The position numbers were made by a program, and so were the translations under genes. Shown in pieces: positions 1 through 13,328 of a DNA stretch of 64,000 nt. A model generated the notes under the pieces. That model worked only from the letters and a program-made list of their open reading frames with translations, did not search any database and was not told where the DNA came from. The first letter of the stretch is position 1, and each line of letters starts with the position of its first letter. This stretch comes from Octopus vulgaris (lineage: Eukaryota), in assembly GCA_951406725.2 (NCBI GenBank), contig OX597840.1:35960001-36024000 (forward strand), read 5' to 3'.

Positions 1-338
1 TTGTGCGAACCTGTGGAGACATGTGATCACAGAATGTTTATAATTTTACCTTCCCATGAGCTGCATGACACAGGTTGGGGTGGAGGAGAGATGGAAGAGA
101 AACGGTTTATTAAAATGTTCAGGCCTGTTCAGAACGGAGGTGGCAGCGGTGACACAACAACCAGTTAATGGTGTGAATTTATGGATACAGACAAGTTGCG
201 GAGTGTCTGTGCACTTGGGGGTAGTGATGTTTGGGGGTATGCAGGTTGATCAAAGGGGTATTCTAGAAGTTCAGCTGATTAGAGCATTCTGGCAGGTACT
301 GGAATTGTCAGGATCTCAGCTGTCAGCTGCACGCATTT

Positions 339-378
339 GAAATCTGATGAGTACACTATGTATGAAAGGTCTAATTTC
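339..378 (+). ncRNA. Minimal type-I hammerhead ribozyme motif
   Basis: GAAAU-CUGAUGA-GUAC(acuau)GUAU-GAAA-GGUC-UA-AUUUC. The core is intact, stem II is GUAC/GUAU, stem III is a near-palindrome (AGGUCU), and stem I is GAAAU/AUUUC. Confidence 0.7.
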
Positions 379-434
379 CTTCAAATACCATAATGAAAAC
401 CGGGAAAACCATCCTATGTTTTAACTTCATTTAA

Positions 435-470
<36 letters not shown>

Positions 471-473
<3 letters not shown>

Positions 474-647
474 CCTCTGTCTTCCCTTCAATGGATCTTT
501 CCTTCTCCTATGTTTCCGACGAAGAGCTCCGCTCGAAACGTTAAACCCTCCTTCTTCCCTTCTTTCCTGAGTGTCTAATAATATTATATTTGTTCCACGT
601 CCTCGCGTTGTTGTGTTTTCTCTTTGTGTTTTCATGTTTGGATTAAC
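471..647 (+). mobile_element. HHR-bearing short non-autonomous element, family A (Penelope pLTR/retrozyme-like)
   Basis: Flanked by (TA)n on both sides. Closely similar to the reverse complement of 13665-13850. Contains GUUU-CCGACGA-A-GAGC(ucc)GCUC-GAAA-CG-UU-AAAC at 512-546. Confidence 0.75.
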
Positions 648-666
648 TATATATATATATATATAT

Positions 667-740
<74 letters not shown>

Positions 741-849
741 TACAGATAAAGGGTGAAATATAATTAATTTTAATAAAATTAATAAATTTCACTTAGTAGT
801 TTTTTCGCTATGGAAAGGACCATATTCGGTAAACATTATATATAATAAT

Positions 850-980
850 AATAAAGGGTTATTTGCAACAAGTTGCTTAAACCACAAACCGAAAATATTA
901 GAAATATTTAAAATACTTCTAATATTTCTAATATTTTCGGTATGTGGTTTAAGCAACTTGTTGCAAATAACCCTTTATTA
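850..980. repeat. ~60-bp-arm inverted repeat (hairpin)
   Basis: aataaagggttatttgcaacaagttgcttaaaccacaaaccgaaaatattagaaatatt is followed by its near-perfect reverse complement after a very short spacer. Confidence 0.85.
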
Positions 981-1031
981 TAATTATATATATATGTATA
1001 TATATATAGAGAGTGTATATATATAAATATA

Positions 1032-1094
<63 letters not shown>

Positions 1095-1271
1095 GGCTTA
1101 GTAAAATAAATTACTTTGCCGCATACTGAACTCATTAGAAATAGCAGCTAAAAAACTTTTTTAAAGCTATTTCTAATACTTAAAGAAAATCTCTCTCATA
1201 TAGTGCTTGCTTAATTCAACTCACAAAAGTTTGGGGGTAAGGACATCAAAAAATCAAATGCTAAGGTTATT

Positions 1272-1323
1272 TGAGAACGTACGTTTCAAGATTAGTCAAA
1301 ACGACACTTCTATCATCAGCTCA
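1272..1323 (-). ncRNA. Type-I hammerhead ribozyme motif
   Basis: Minus strand reads UGAG-CUGAUGA-uAGA...UCUu-GAAA-CGUACG-UU-CUCA. The core is intact, stem III is palindromic (ACGUACGU), and stem I is UGAG/CUCA. Confidence 0.65.
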
Positions 1324-1440
1324 GAAACTCCTTGGTTTGGATTTGGAAACACTGAAAGTAAGAACATACCCTTTCGGCTTCTCATCGCTTTCGAAGATCT
1401 GTTCGTAACTAACAGTGCCAACAAACTCAAATATATATAT

Positions 1441-1632
1441 AGTAAGAATTTTCAAAAAGACGAAGGACGAAGACTGGTGTGTAAACAATAAACAGATGTA
1501 TTAGTTTAACGCTCGGGAAGAGAGAAAGTCCTTTTACGCTTTGAGCCTAGGCTCTTCATCAGAAAGGAACACAGAAAATAAACAGAGAGAGAATATAGAA
1601 AAAGGTTTAGTGATCAGCGATCTATCATAACG
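1441..1632 (-). mobile_element. HHR-bearing short element, family B
   Basis: Homologous to 16495-16672, 33455-33648 and 63752-63942, and bordered by (TA)n. HHR at 1530-1567 reads CUGAUGA-A-GAGC(cuag)GCUC-AAAG-CG-UA, with GAAA mutated. Confidence 0.7.
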
Positions 1633-1850
1633 AAGATATATATGTATATATATATATATATGCATACATACGCTCACACAAACACGTACATAGATAAACA
1701 GACCGGTTATAAAGTGGTCGCGGTACAGCTATACACACATACGCACACACAAAAGTATATAGATCTCACCGCCTTCACCCGACGAACACACACACACTCA
1801 AACAAATGCATGTGGTTATATACATATAGACATATGTATATAAACATTTA

Positions 1851-1904
<54 letters not shown>

Positions 1905-2129
1905 TATATACGCAAAGACACACACATATATATACATATATGTGTGTTTGTATATATATATATATTTATATTTATTCATGTATGTGTGGCGGATGACGGA
2001 GCGTTGCTTATGTAACTAACACGTATTCTGAAACAGCTGTCAAGTAATGGAATAACCCTCTCTCCCTTCACATTTAACCAATGGATAGAAACTACACTTT
2101 GACCTTAGCCAAAAGGGCGAGACGCGATC

Positions 2130-2142
2130 AGTGGACACAGAG

Positions 2143-2207
<65 letters not shown>

Positions 2208-2598
2208 CAATATATACATACATGTATGTAGCTGTTAATCATTGGTGGAGTGTCTACGTACATACATATATATATACATATGTATGTATATATATATATA
2301 TGTATATATATATATACATATATATATATATACATATATATATACATATATATACATATATACATATATGTATATGTATATATATATATACATATACATA
2401 CATACATACATAAATGTATGTGTATGTGTATAATTGAATTATTCGCGCATTTCTCTATTTATTAATCCCAGACTGTTAGCACTATTTACACCTGTGTATA
2501 TAATTGGAAAGTTTCTGTATTTCTCAAGGCAAAACTTCAGCCAGACATCGTGGCATATCACAACTGAAAAAAGCCGAAACGAACAAATACTGAACATA

Positions 2599-2653
<55 letters not shown>

Positions 2654-2730
2654 TGGGAGAGAGAGAGACGGTGAGATACATATACACATATATAAATTTA
2701 TATATATATATATATATGCACATATGAACT

Positions 2731-2767
<37 letters not shown>

Positions 2768-2941
2768 TGGGAGAGAGAGAGAGACGGTGAGATACATATA
2801 CACATATATAAATTTATATATATATATATGCACATACATACATACATATATATACATGTATATATATACATACATGAATACATACATACAGATACTAACT
2901 CACATGTACATATATATTGGCGAGCGTGTTTGTGTGTGTGT

Positions 2942-2991
<50 letters not shown>

Positions 2992-3010
2992 TAGGTGTGT
3001 GTGTGTGTGT
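2130..3010. repeat. Compound (TA)n/(TACA)n/(TG)n microsatellite containing a ~80-bp tandem duplication
   Basis: The unit tattgggagagagagagacggtgagatacatatacacatatataaattt occurs at ~2650 and ~2765. Confidence 0.85.
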
Positions 3011-3229
3011 TTCTGGTTTTGTTTAGTTTATTTTTTCTGAATTTCTATAAAATACAAAATGGTGTCAAAGTGTTGTGAATGTCTGCTCTTTTAAAGAATT
3101 TATTCAAAGATAATGGCTCCATTTCATAACTGTTTATTACAGAAGAACAGCGAAAATAAACTACATTTCTTAAACGACGTGTCAGACACAAGACAGACCT
3201 ATATTATATATTCATTATTATTATCATTA

Positions 3230-3280
<51 letters not shown>

Positions 3281-3281
<1 letters not shown>

Positions 3282-4235
3282 GTGTCATTGGGTACAAATA
3301 TACGAAGCCCAGCATACCCATCATGACTACCCCTCTGATATGGAATGGGATGGAAGCACTCCGTCGGTTACGACGATGAGGGTTCCGGTTGATCCGAATC
3401 AACGGAACAGCCTGCTCGTGAAATTAACGTGTAAGTGACTGAGCACTCCACAGACACGTGTACCCTTAACGTAGTTCTCGGGGATATTCAGCGTGACACA
3501 GAGAGTGACAAGGCCGGCCCTTTGAAATACAGGTACGACAGAAACAGGAAGTAAGAGTGAGAGAAAGTTGTGGTGAAAGAGTACAGCAGGGATCACCACC
3601 ATCCCCTGTCGGAGCCCCCTGGAGCTTTTAGGTGTTTTCGCTCAATAAACACTCACAACGTCCGGTCTGGGAATCGAAACCGCGATCCTATGACCGCGAG
3701 TCCGCTGCCCTAACCACTGGGCCATTGCGCCTCCACACCCCTCTGATAAAGGTACGCCAAATACATGCATAAAAACCATATGTGCGCGACATGGGGATCT
3801 CATATCAAGATAAACAGCACATGACCTTGCATGTGGGGCCCAGTTAGAATTTTCTCAAAAGGTCCCTGAATAAGGGATGTTTAAGGATGTTGAACGAAAC
3901 ACCCATGTTTCCAGAGGTGAAATTATTTAAACCCCAAACAATCCCTCTCAACACATGGCTATGATGCTCCCGTTTTCTTCTGGTCGAGTAATCCATCCAG
4001 CTCAAATGGTCCGTGGATAAAGGTTGTTTAAGGATGTTGAATGAAACACCCGTGTTTCCAGAGGTGAATTATTCAAACGTCAAAGAAGTCCTCTCAACAC
4101 ACGGCTATGATGCTCTCCCACTACTTCTGCTCGTGATCAGAGATGCACATACCGTCAGCCTCTAAGGGACATGCTCAACTGGTTAAAGTAAAACAACTGA
4201 CAGGCAAATCTGTGGTATTGAGCAGAATATTTGAT
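3281..4235 (-). mobile_element. (TAA)n-tailed non-coding retroelement 3' region (family D3), interrupted by a SINE
   Basis: Homologous to 23030-23394, 40225-41108 and 59713-59880. Abuts a (TTA)n tract, has an internal ~140-bp duplication (3860-3970 vs 4005-4115), and carries a SINE insertion at 3341-3736. Confidence 0.65.
3341..3736 (-). mobile_element. tRNA-derived SINE (family T) with 12-bp TSD
   Basis: Minus-strand head ggaggcgcaaTGGCCCAGTGGttagggcagcggactc...GGTTTCGATTCCC provides A and B boxes. TSD ACCCCTCTGATA at 3329-3340 and 3737-3748. The head and central part match 44958-45140. Confidence 0.85.
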
Positions 4236-4698
4236 GTTACGAAAACACAACCAGGAGTATATATGGGTTAAGGACATATAGCTCTGGTTACATTAGTGGG
4301 TAACTAACAGCTGTCGATTTTGCAATCCCTTCGCTGACCGAGGGGCAATTTGAGTGGACCCTGCGAGGTCTACTTGTGGCGATGAGCACTAGAGTATTCT
4401 CTAAGTAATTTTCTCGCTCATTGACACAGCTTACTTACCAAGACTGGCTACAAACTACTTAACGACAGCTGCCCTATCAATTTGGAACCCTTTCTCCGCC
4501 TTTCTCTCTCTTTATCTATCCATCTGTCAATCCCTCTCTCTTTATCTACCCATCTGTCAATCTCTCTCTCTCTCTCTCCTACAGGCATACACACTCACAC
4601 ACACATTCTGTATCCCGCTGAATCTGAGAATTACATTTAAGGGTACGCGGGTCTGTGGAATGCTCGGCCACTTTCACGTTAATTTCACGAGCCGGTAA

Positions 4699-5300
4699 GG
4701 CGGCGAGTTGGCAGAATCGTTAGCACGCCGGGCAAAATGCTTAGCGGTATTTCGTCTGCCGCTACATTCTGAGTTCAAATTCCGCCGAGGTCGACTTTGC
4801 CTTTCATCCTTTCGGGGTCGATTACATAAGTACCAGTTACGCACTGGGGTCGATATAATCGACTTAATCTTTTTGTCTGTCCTTGTTTGTCCCCTCTATG
4901 TTTAGCCCCTTGTGGGTAGTAAAGAAATAGGTACTTCGTCTGCCGCTACGTTCTGAGTTCAAATTCCGCCGAGTTCGACTTTGCCGTTCATCCTTTCGGT
5001 GTCGATAAATTAAGCACCAGTTACGCACTGGGGTCGACATAATCGACTTAATCCGTTTATCTGTCCTTGTTTGTCTCCTCTGTTTAGCCTCTTGTGGGTA
5101 GTAAAGAAATAAGAATCGTTAGCACGCCGGGCGAAATGCTTAGCGGCATTTCGTCTGCCGCTACGTTCTGAGTTCAAATTCCGCCGAGGTCGACTTTGCC
5201 TTTCATCCTTTCGGGATCGATAAATTAAGTACCAGTTGCATACTGGGGTCGATCTAATCAACAAAAATTTCCGGCCTTGTGCCTAGAATAGATAAGAATA
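4699..5300 (+). mobile_element. tRNA-related SINE family M (Meta-domain-like), trimeric body
   Basis: Head ggcggcgagttggcagaatcgttagcacg, B-box-like GAGTTCAAATTCC, and central gtcgactttgcctttcatcctttcggggtcgataaattaagtaccag present three times. Confidence 0.85.
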
Positions 5301-5780
5301 ATTACTCTTGACAAATATTTCACAGCTCTTCTTTCTTCCTTACACTCTCTCTCTCACCATCTTTCCATCAAACCAGGTAGTTAGTTTAGCTTAGTTTAGT
5401 TAAGTTTAGTTAAGTTATTATTATAATCCGACCAATCAATAACCAAGTCCGTTGGTTGCATATCAAAGTAGCAGCATTCTTTGGAGAAGATTTCTTAGCA
5501 ACCAGGAACCGCCACCGGCCAAACTACGATAATTATATTAGAAAACTAACAAAACAGATAAACTGCACATTTAATCTACATTTTCCTATTGTTGTATATA
5601 CATTTAATATCGATTCCTAATGCTGCTAAGTTGGTGTTGAAAAACGCAATTAGATTATTGTTCACGCTTCTGGGCCTTTCTAGAATCATCTAAGCCCCTA
5701 ATTGAATTTACTTCGTATATGTAAGCAATTCGTCGCTTCAGCATTCAAAAGTTCACATTTGTTATTAATTGTTTGTCGAA

Positions 5781-5828
<48 letters not shown>

Positions 5829-6227
5829 TGAGTGAGTGGGGGGAAAGGAGAGGCAAGGAAGATAAGAGAGAGAGGGGGGAGGAAGAGAGAGAGAGAGAGA
5901 GAGAGAGAGAAGGGGTGGGAGGGATGCGGCAAATAACGAGGTTTTTTTTTGTTCTTGCTTTTCGTATTTTGTGTGTGTGTGTGTTTTTATATTTTTGTGG
6001 TGGTGAAGTGGAATATGTTATTAAAATCATTGCGAAGTGTGTGTGTGTGTGTGTGCGTGTGTGTGTGTGTGCGTGTGTGCGTGTGTGTGCGTGTGTGCGT
6101 GTATATATATAGAGAGAGAGGGAGAGAGAGAGCTTTCGTTGCTAATGATGATAACGATGATGATGATAATGAGAGGAGGAGAAGGAGGAGGAGACAGATG
6201 TTGCGACTGGTGCTGCTACTGGTGTTA

Positions 6228-6632
6228 CTGATGATGAAGATGATGATTATGATGATGATGTTGACGATGACGACGACGACGACGACGACGACGACGATGA
6301 TGATGATGATGATGATGATGACGATGATGATGACGATGATGATGATGATGATGATGAAGTTGAAGATTATGATCATAATGATGGTGATGATGATGATGAC
6401 GACGACGATGATGATGATGATAATGATTACGACGATAATGATGATGATTACAATGACGATGATGATGATGATGATGGTGATGACAATGATGATGATGACG
6501 ATAATGATGATGATGATGATGACGATGATGATAATGATGATGATGGTGATGACGATGATGATAATAACGATGATGATAATGACGATGATGGTGATGACGA
6601 TGATGGTGATGACGATGATGATGATGATGATG
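6228..6632. repeat. (GAT)n/(GAC)n trinucleotide microsatellite
   Basis: Direct inspection of the sequence. Confidence 0.95.
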
Positions 6633-7063
6633 AGGGCGATTAATGATGATTCTGCTGTTTGACCGCGGGTTAGCAGGTGATTCAGTTATCGAATATGAAA
6701 GACGTTCCAGTCGCGACCGTCACACCTTTTCTTCTCTTAGATTCTCACTTCTTGATAATCAAAAAATATAGCGATAGCGTGTGATATTAAGGGAGATTTG
6801 GCTGCTATTAATCTACGTAATGATGGTGTTGGTGGTGTGGGTAGCTATGGAGGGGTGGTATGGTTCCTGTGAATGGTTGTGGTGGTGGTGTGGTGGTGTG
6901 GTGGTATTCCAGCCTTTCATCTGTTCGGGATTCGATAAAATAAGTACCAATTGAAGAATGGGGACGATTTAATCGTCATAGCCCCTTCCCCCGAAATAGC
7001 TGGCATTATTCCAAAACTTTGAAGCGATTATTATTACTATTATTGTCGTTGTTGTTGTTGTTC

Positions 7064-7128
<65 letters not shown>

Positions 7129-7131
<3 letters not shown>

Positions 7132-7640
7132 TAGTTTTATTTTTATAGCGTGCTTTCACTTCACTACCGAGCGCAGCTCTGTGTGACCTGGGTATGTGCT
7201 GTGATTTGTTGTGATGCTCTGATTGTTATTGTATGGAAAGTGTTCTGCGTAGGTTGTGTGCAGTGGCCAGTAGTGCAATTTTCTGTATGTTATATGTGTT
7301 CGTAAGTCCTGGTGTTTTTGTTATGTATTTGTCTGAATATTTTTTTATCATACCTAATACACCTACTATGATAGGAAATGTTTCTGTTTTTAGATTCCAC
7401 ATTCTACTTACCTCTATTTCCAGGCCTTTGTATTTTGAAAGTTTCTCCATTTCTTTTAGAGACACGTTGTCATCTGATGGTATTGATACATCAATTAGAA
7501 AGCATTTTTTCTTCGTGATCTCTGACAACTATATCTGGCCTGTTGCCCTTAATTTCTCTATCTGTGTGTATTGGCATATCCCAGAGTATGGATGCTTTCT
7601 CGTTTTCTGTGACCTTTTCTGGTGTGTGCCTATACCATCT
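7129..7640 (-). pseudogene. 5'-truncated RLE non-LTR retrotransposon (R4/Dong-like) endonuclease fragment plus 3' UTR
   Basis: Translates as WYRHTPEKVTENEKASILWDMPIHTDREIKGNRPDIVV, then after a frameshift KCFLIDVSIPSDDNVSLKEMEKLSKYKGL...PIIVGVLG...QKIALLATAHNLRRTL. This is the PD-(D/E)xK RLE signature. (TAA)n lies on both sides. Confidence 0.85.
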
Positions 7641-8255
7641 TATTATTATTATTATTATTATTTATTGTCTTGGCACAGCTTCTAACGCTGGAGATGTACT
7701 ACGGTGCCAGCTGTTCACTACCAGCGAACTAAGGTAACACCTCTTATTTTTCGAGCACCATCCAAAAGGCGGGGGACACGAAAAGGAAGATTATTGCAGT
7801 GAACAAGGAAGAACTGTCCGGAGAGAAAAAGCGAAACGATGAGAAAGAGAATGCGAAAAAGAGAAAAGTGAGAATCGGGCAAATACATATTGAAAGTCAA
7901 ACAATAACAGCATTATTGAAATATTTTACAATTTTAGATTAATGCAATATATTGCTTTGAGTTTTGGTTACATACATAGAATGATTTACTTTATACTCAT
8001 TACACATACGAATATCAAAAGGTTCTGTGGTTTAATTGCATCTCTTTATCTTTTGAAAATTTCAAAGAAGACAGTTGGAGAAATTCTAGTATTCTTCTTC
8101 GCTCGATGAAATAAGTTCCTATCAAGTACTGGGGGTCATCTAGTCAACTATCCCCTCTTCCTATAATTTGTCTTATGCATGAATTCAAGTCTTCTGCAAA
8201 TGTCCCCCCGCCCCGACAGCCTTGGGTTAGACAAAATTATTTGGTGCTCTTATAT

Positions 8256-8838
8256 ATTTCTTTATTATCCACAAGGGGCTAAACATAGAGGGGACAAACA
8301 AGGGCAGACAAAGGGATTAGGTCGATTACATCGACCCCAGTGCATGACTGGTACTTAATTTATCGACCCCGAAAGGATGAAAGGCAAAGTCGACCTCCGC
8401 TGAATTTGAACTCACAACGTAACAGCAGACGAAATACCTATTTCTTTATTACCCAGAGGGGACAAACAAGGACAGACAAACGGATTAAGTCGATTATATC
8501 GACTCCAGTGCGTAACTGGTACTTATTTAATCGACCCCGAAAGGATGAAAGGCAAAGTCGACCTCGGCGGAATTTGAACTCAGAACGTAACGACAGACGA
8601 AATACCTATTTCTTTACTACTCACAAGGGGCTTAACACAGATTGGACAAACAAGGACAGACAAAGGGATTAAGTCGATTACATCGACCCCAGTGCGTAAC
8701 TGGTATTTAATTTATCGACCCCGAAAGGATGAAAGGCAAAGTCGACCTCGGCGGAATTTGAACTTAGAACGTAACGACAGACGAAATACGACTACGCATT
8801 TCGCCCGGCGTGCTTAACGTTTCTGCCAGCTCGCCGCC
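8256..8838 (-). mobile_element. SINE family M, trimeric body
   Basis: Reverse complement of the 4699-type element: one head at 8790-8838 plus three tandem ~170-bp body units. Confidence 0.85.
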
Positions 8839-9519
8839 TTATCATGAATATACGCCTATATTCGTCCACATGGAAACGCTACGAATTTTTGCGTAGAATG
8901 TTACACCTTTTGCCTAAACGGAGAATTTTTCACCATAGCAAACCACAGCGACAATAGTCTTTACTCATGTCCAATATGTCCGAAACATATTGAAATCTCA
9001 ACGCAAAGTCAGTTTGACTCACGGCTCTGCTTCGCTCGCCAAAAATGTATTTCGGAAAAGAAGCTGAAAGTCGTTTCTCCAAGCAAGCAGAAGAAATTTG
9101 ATGGATGTTTATATTTGGATTTCCATATTTCACTTCGTCGTTTATGATTCAGAGTCTATATTTACGGATTATGTAATCGAAATAGTTTTTTTTTTGCTGA
9201 TAAATTTCTCGCTTTTTGTTTCTTTTCTTAATATCTTTGTATAAGACACGCCACCTCCAATGGCGAATCTGTGTGTTGCCTTCAGAATCCCAAGCCTCAG
9301 TACAATGTATGTGTATGCACGTCTGTATGTATGTGTGTGTGTGTGTGTGTGTGTGATGCTTATATTATTAAAGTTTATTTATTCCTAACACGTCCGTTCA
9401 TATACTTTCGTTTGCTTACACACACACACACACACGTACACACACAGGCACACACCTGTAGAGAAATAAATATGCATGGATGTGTGTGTGTGCGTCTGTA
9501 TTTGTATGTGTGTGTTTGT

Positions 9520-9551
<32 letters not shown>

Positions 9552-9619
9552 GATTGTAAGCAAACGAAAGAAAATAAATATTATATAATATAACATGTAT
9601 ATATGTGTGTATATATATA

Positions 9620-9730
9620 TGTATAGAGAGAGAGAGAGAGATAAATAGGGAGATAGATAGATAGACAGATAGATAGAGATGGAGAGAGATAGAGAGAGAT
9701 AGCTACAGAGAGAGAGAAAGAGAGAGATCA

Positions 9731-9765
<35 letters not shown>

Positions 9766-9811
9766 TACAACTATGTATGTTAGTATGTATAAATGTATGT
9801 AAATATGTATG

Positions 9812-9873
<62 letters not shown>

Positions 9874-10351
9874 CCTATGCATGTATATATATATACACTT
9901 ATGCATGTATATATATATATATGTATATATATATATACATCTGTATGTATATATACAAATATATATATATATGTGTGTGTGTGTGTGTATACCTATGTAT
10001 GTATGTATACTTACACTAGTATATGATTGTAAAACATGGAATGCAAATGCATATTTCATCTTTAAATTATTCGTGTTTAGGTCCCAACTCTCACGTAACC
10101 ATCAAACAACGACATACATCCAAAGCGTACCGACATATACATGGACACATGCATCCATGTACACATATACACGCATACACACATGTAAAAGTACATATGC
10201 ATACAAACATACAGACATTCCTGCATACATACGCACATACGTATACGCAAACACATGATTACATGCATATCTTTTCACATGCATTCACACATACATAAAA
10301 AAACATACACACAAGCATGCATACACACATATACACATACGACCATACATA

Positions 10352-10392
<41 letters not shown>

Positions 10393-10976
10393 GCATATGC
10401 ATACATGTGGACGCACATATATATGTAAATACACGTACATACATACATTAATACATAGGTATATACATATGCAAACACACATACATACATTCAAATATAC
10501 ATATCCATACACATACATACATACGTACTTAAACATTACATACGCACTCTTACAAATGTACATGTACACATACATCTTCATATATATACACATACATACA
10601 TGCATATGCATGTATATTACACATGAATATGCTTATACGCACATGCCCATGCATAGATGCATACGTACATACATACATACACAAACCTTCATATATGCAT
10701 TAATACATACATATACATATATATGTACATGTATGTATTAATCTACATATATTCGTATATATATTCATGTATGCATGCATACATACACACAGAAATATTC
10801 ATACATTCATACATACATATCTATGTATATACATATACAAATATTTGTATATACATGCAGACAGATATACATTCATACATACATTCATATATACATACAT
10901 GCAAGGACACAAATAGACACATACATATATCTTTATAACTGTATATGTGTCTGTGTGTATGTATATATATTTATAG

Positions 10977-11027
<51 letters not shown>

Positions 11028-11180
11028 GTATGTACGTATATATGTTTGTATGTATGTATAAGTTTATAGCTATATAGCTACATACATACGTACATACATA
11101 CATACACGTACATACATACATACATACATACATACATACATACATACATACATACATACATACACACATACACACATGTA
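9620..11180. repeat. Compound (GATA)n/(TA)n/(TACA)n low-complexity block
   Basis: Direct inspection of the sequence. Confidence 0.9.
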
Positions 11181-11928
11181 GCCTAATTAACATACCGTTC
11201 CATCCAATATCCACCCTGTGTCTCCAACTCAACAATAGGATATGCAGATACGCAATAACTTCACAGCATTTCACGCATGGCGAGGGAAGAGGAACAGCGA
11301 CATTTTCATATATTTCCATGCATTTTGGGGCATCAAAATTTTTCCAAAATTTCATTATTTCTTTAGAATATTGCCATATTTCATTTCAAAGTGTTATTTG
11401 TTTTTTGTCCTGCATTCGAAGCCATTATCATTAATAAAAATTGTTTTATAATTCAGACACAAAGTGCGAAACAATAAATTTATGTGTGTTTTCTTTTAGA
11501 AATATGCGTCTAGGCCTGCGCTTGGCTTTGCACATGCGCAAACGCAGGTTTTTGTTTGTTTGTTACATTCTAATTAATTTCGTTTTATACGTTTGACTTC
11601 AAAGGATTAAGGTTATTGATTCTCTAAATAAATTAATGACGTTATCTGCACCATTTTATTATTATTGTTATTGGTGTTGTTGTTGTTTTTCATTCAAAAA
11701 ATATATAAAAAAAAGAAAAAAGTAATACTTTCATATAGATTATTATGTTATGCAGTAAAAACTTGGCATATTTTGAACGTGTAATTAGAAAGCGGGTTTC
11801 ACATCTGCTGACGGTGCTATTAATTGTTACGAGTCATCGTCGCTATCGACGAGGAACATTCAGTTAATTAAACCAGTGGAAAATCCTACTCGTGAAATTA
11901 ACAGATAATCGGCTAAGTATTTCATAGT

Positions 11929-11956
<28 letters not shown>

Positions 11957-11962
<6 letters not shown>

Positions 11963-12105
11963 GTAAGTAGCTTGCTTACCAACCACATGGTTCCGGGTTC
12001 AGTCCAACTGTGTGGCACCTTGGGCAAGTGTCTTCTACTATAGCCTCGGGCCGACCAAAGTCTCGTGAGTGGATTTGGAAGAAGGAAACTGAAAGAAGCC
12101 CATCG

Positions 12106-12154
<49 letters not shown>

Positions 12155-12370
12155 GTGTGTCTGTGTTTGTCCCCGAACATTGCTTGACAACCGATGTTGC
12201 TGTGTTTACGTCCCTGTCACTAAACAGTTCGGCAAGAGAGACCGAAAGAATAAGTACTAAGCTTACAAAGAATATGTCTTGGGGTCGATTTGGTCGACTA
12301 AAGGCGGTGCTCCAGTATGGCCGCAGTCAAATGACTGAAACAAATAAATTAATAAAAGAATAAAAGAATA
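11957..12370 (+). mobile_element. Bipartite tRNA-derived SINE family O (CORE-like ccttgggcaagt motif) with internal microsatellite
   Basis: tgtggtaagtagcttgcttaccaaccacatggttccGGGTTCAGTCC...ccttgggcaagtgtcttc, then (TA)n(TG)n, then a 3' half ending gtcaaatgactgaaaca. About 10 copies occur in the window. Confidence 0.85.
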
Positions 12371-12394
12371 TATATATATACATGTGTGTGTGTA

Positions 12395-12714
12395 TTCTTT
12401 TATTCGTCTACTTGTTTCAGTCATTTGACTGCGGTCATGCTGGAGCACTGCCTTAAAGGGTGTTAGTCGAAGAAATCGACCTCAGGATTTATCTTTGTAA
12501 TCCTAGTACATATTCTATCGACCTCTTTTGCCGAACCGCTAAGTTACGGCGACATAAACACACCAACATTCGGTTGTCAAGTTATAGCAGGGGGACAAAC
12601 ACAAACGCACACACACACATACATATACGACGGGCTTCTACAAGTTTCCTTCTACCGAATCCACTCACAGGGCTTTGGTCAACCCGAGGCTACAATAGAA
12701 AACACTTGACCAAG
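12395..12714 (-). mobile_element. SINE family O, 5'-truncated, tail-to-tail with the previous copy
   Basis: Reverse complement of the family O 3' half and part of the 5' half. Confidence 0.8.
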
Positions 12715-12852
12715 GTCGACTTTGCCTTTCATCTTTTCGGGATCGACAAACTAATCACCAGTTGCGTGCTTGGGTCGATCTAATCAACTGGGCCCCTCCC
12801 CAAAGATTTGGGGCCTTGTGCCTAGTGTAGAAAAGAATATACCATAATCCCT

Positions 12853-13070
12853 AGGGCGGCAAGCTGGCATAGTCGTTTGCACGCCAGGCGAAGTGCTTAG
12901 CAGTATTTCGTCTGCCCTTACGTTCTGAGTTCAAATTTCGCCTGTCAACCTTTCGTGGTCGATTAAATAAGTACCAGTTACGCACTGGGGTCGATATAAT
13001 CGTCTTAATCCCTTTGTCTGTCCTTGTTTGTCCTCTCTGTGTTTAGCCCCTTGTGGGCAATAAAGAAATA
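12853..13070 (+). mobile_element. SINE family M monomer
   Basis: ggcggcaagctggcat... head, one body unit, and tail tgtgggcaataaagaaata. Confidence 0.8.
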
Positions 13071-13076
13071 AATATA

Positions 13077-13328
13077 TAGTAATCCCTCGCCATGTCGCGG
13101 TTTACCTATCGCGGTTCACTTATCGCGGTTCACCTATCGCGGTTTATTATTTAAGCTTACGTCGATTCTTCCGTAGTGTTATTTTGCATTTGTAATAAAA
13201 TAAATGTATGCAAATTATAAAAATAATTTTAAAATATATACAGTACAATCATGTTTCTACTTCACGGGTTTTCACCTATCGCGGAGGGGTTTTGGAACTT
13301 AACACCCGCGATAGTCGAGGAATTATTG
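13077..13328. mobile_element. pogo/Tigger-type (Tc1/mariner superfamily) MITE
   Basis: Imperfect TIRs TAGTAATCCCTCG..TCGCGG and CCGCGATAGTCGAGGAATTATTG, with TA on both flanks and internal cacctatcgcgg repeats. Confidence 0.65.

Noticed and set aside
56-340. 94-aa ORF as a gene or Penelope endonuclease
   Set aside because: No GIY-YIG, RT or other recognisable motif.
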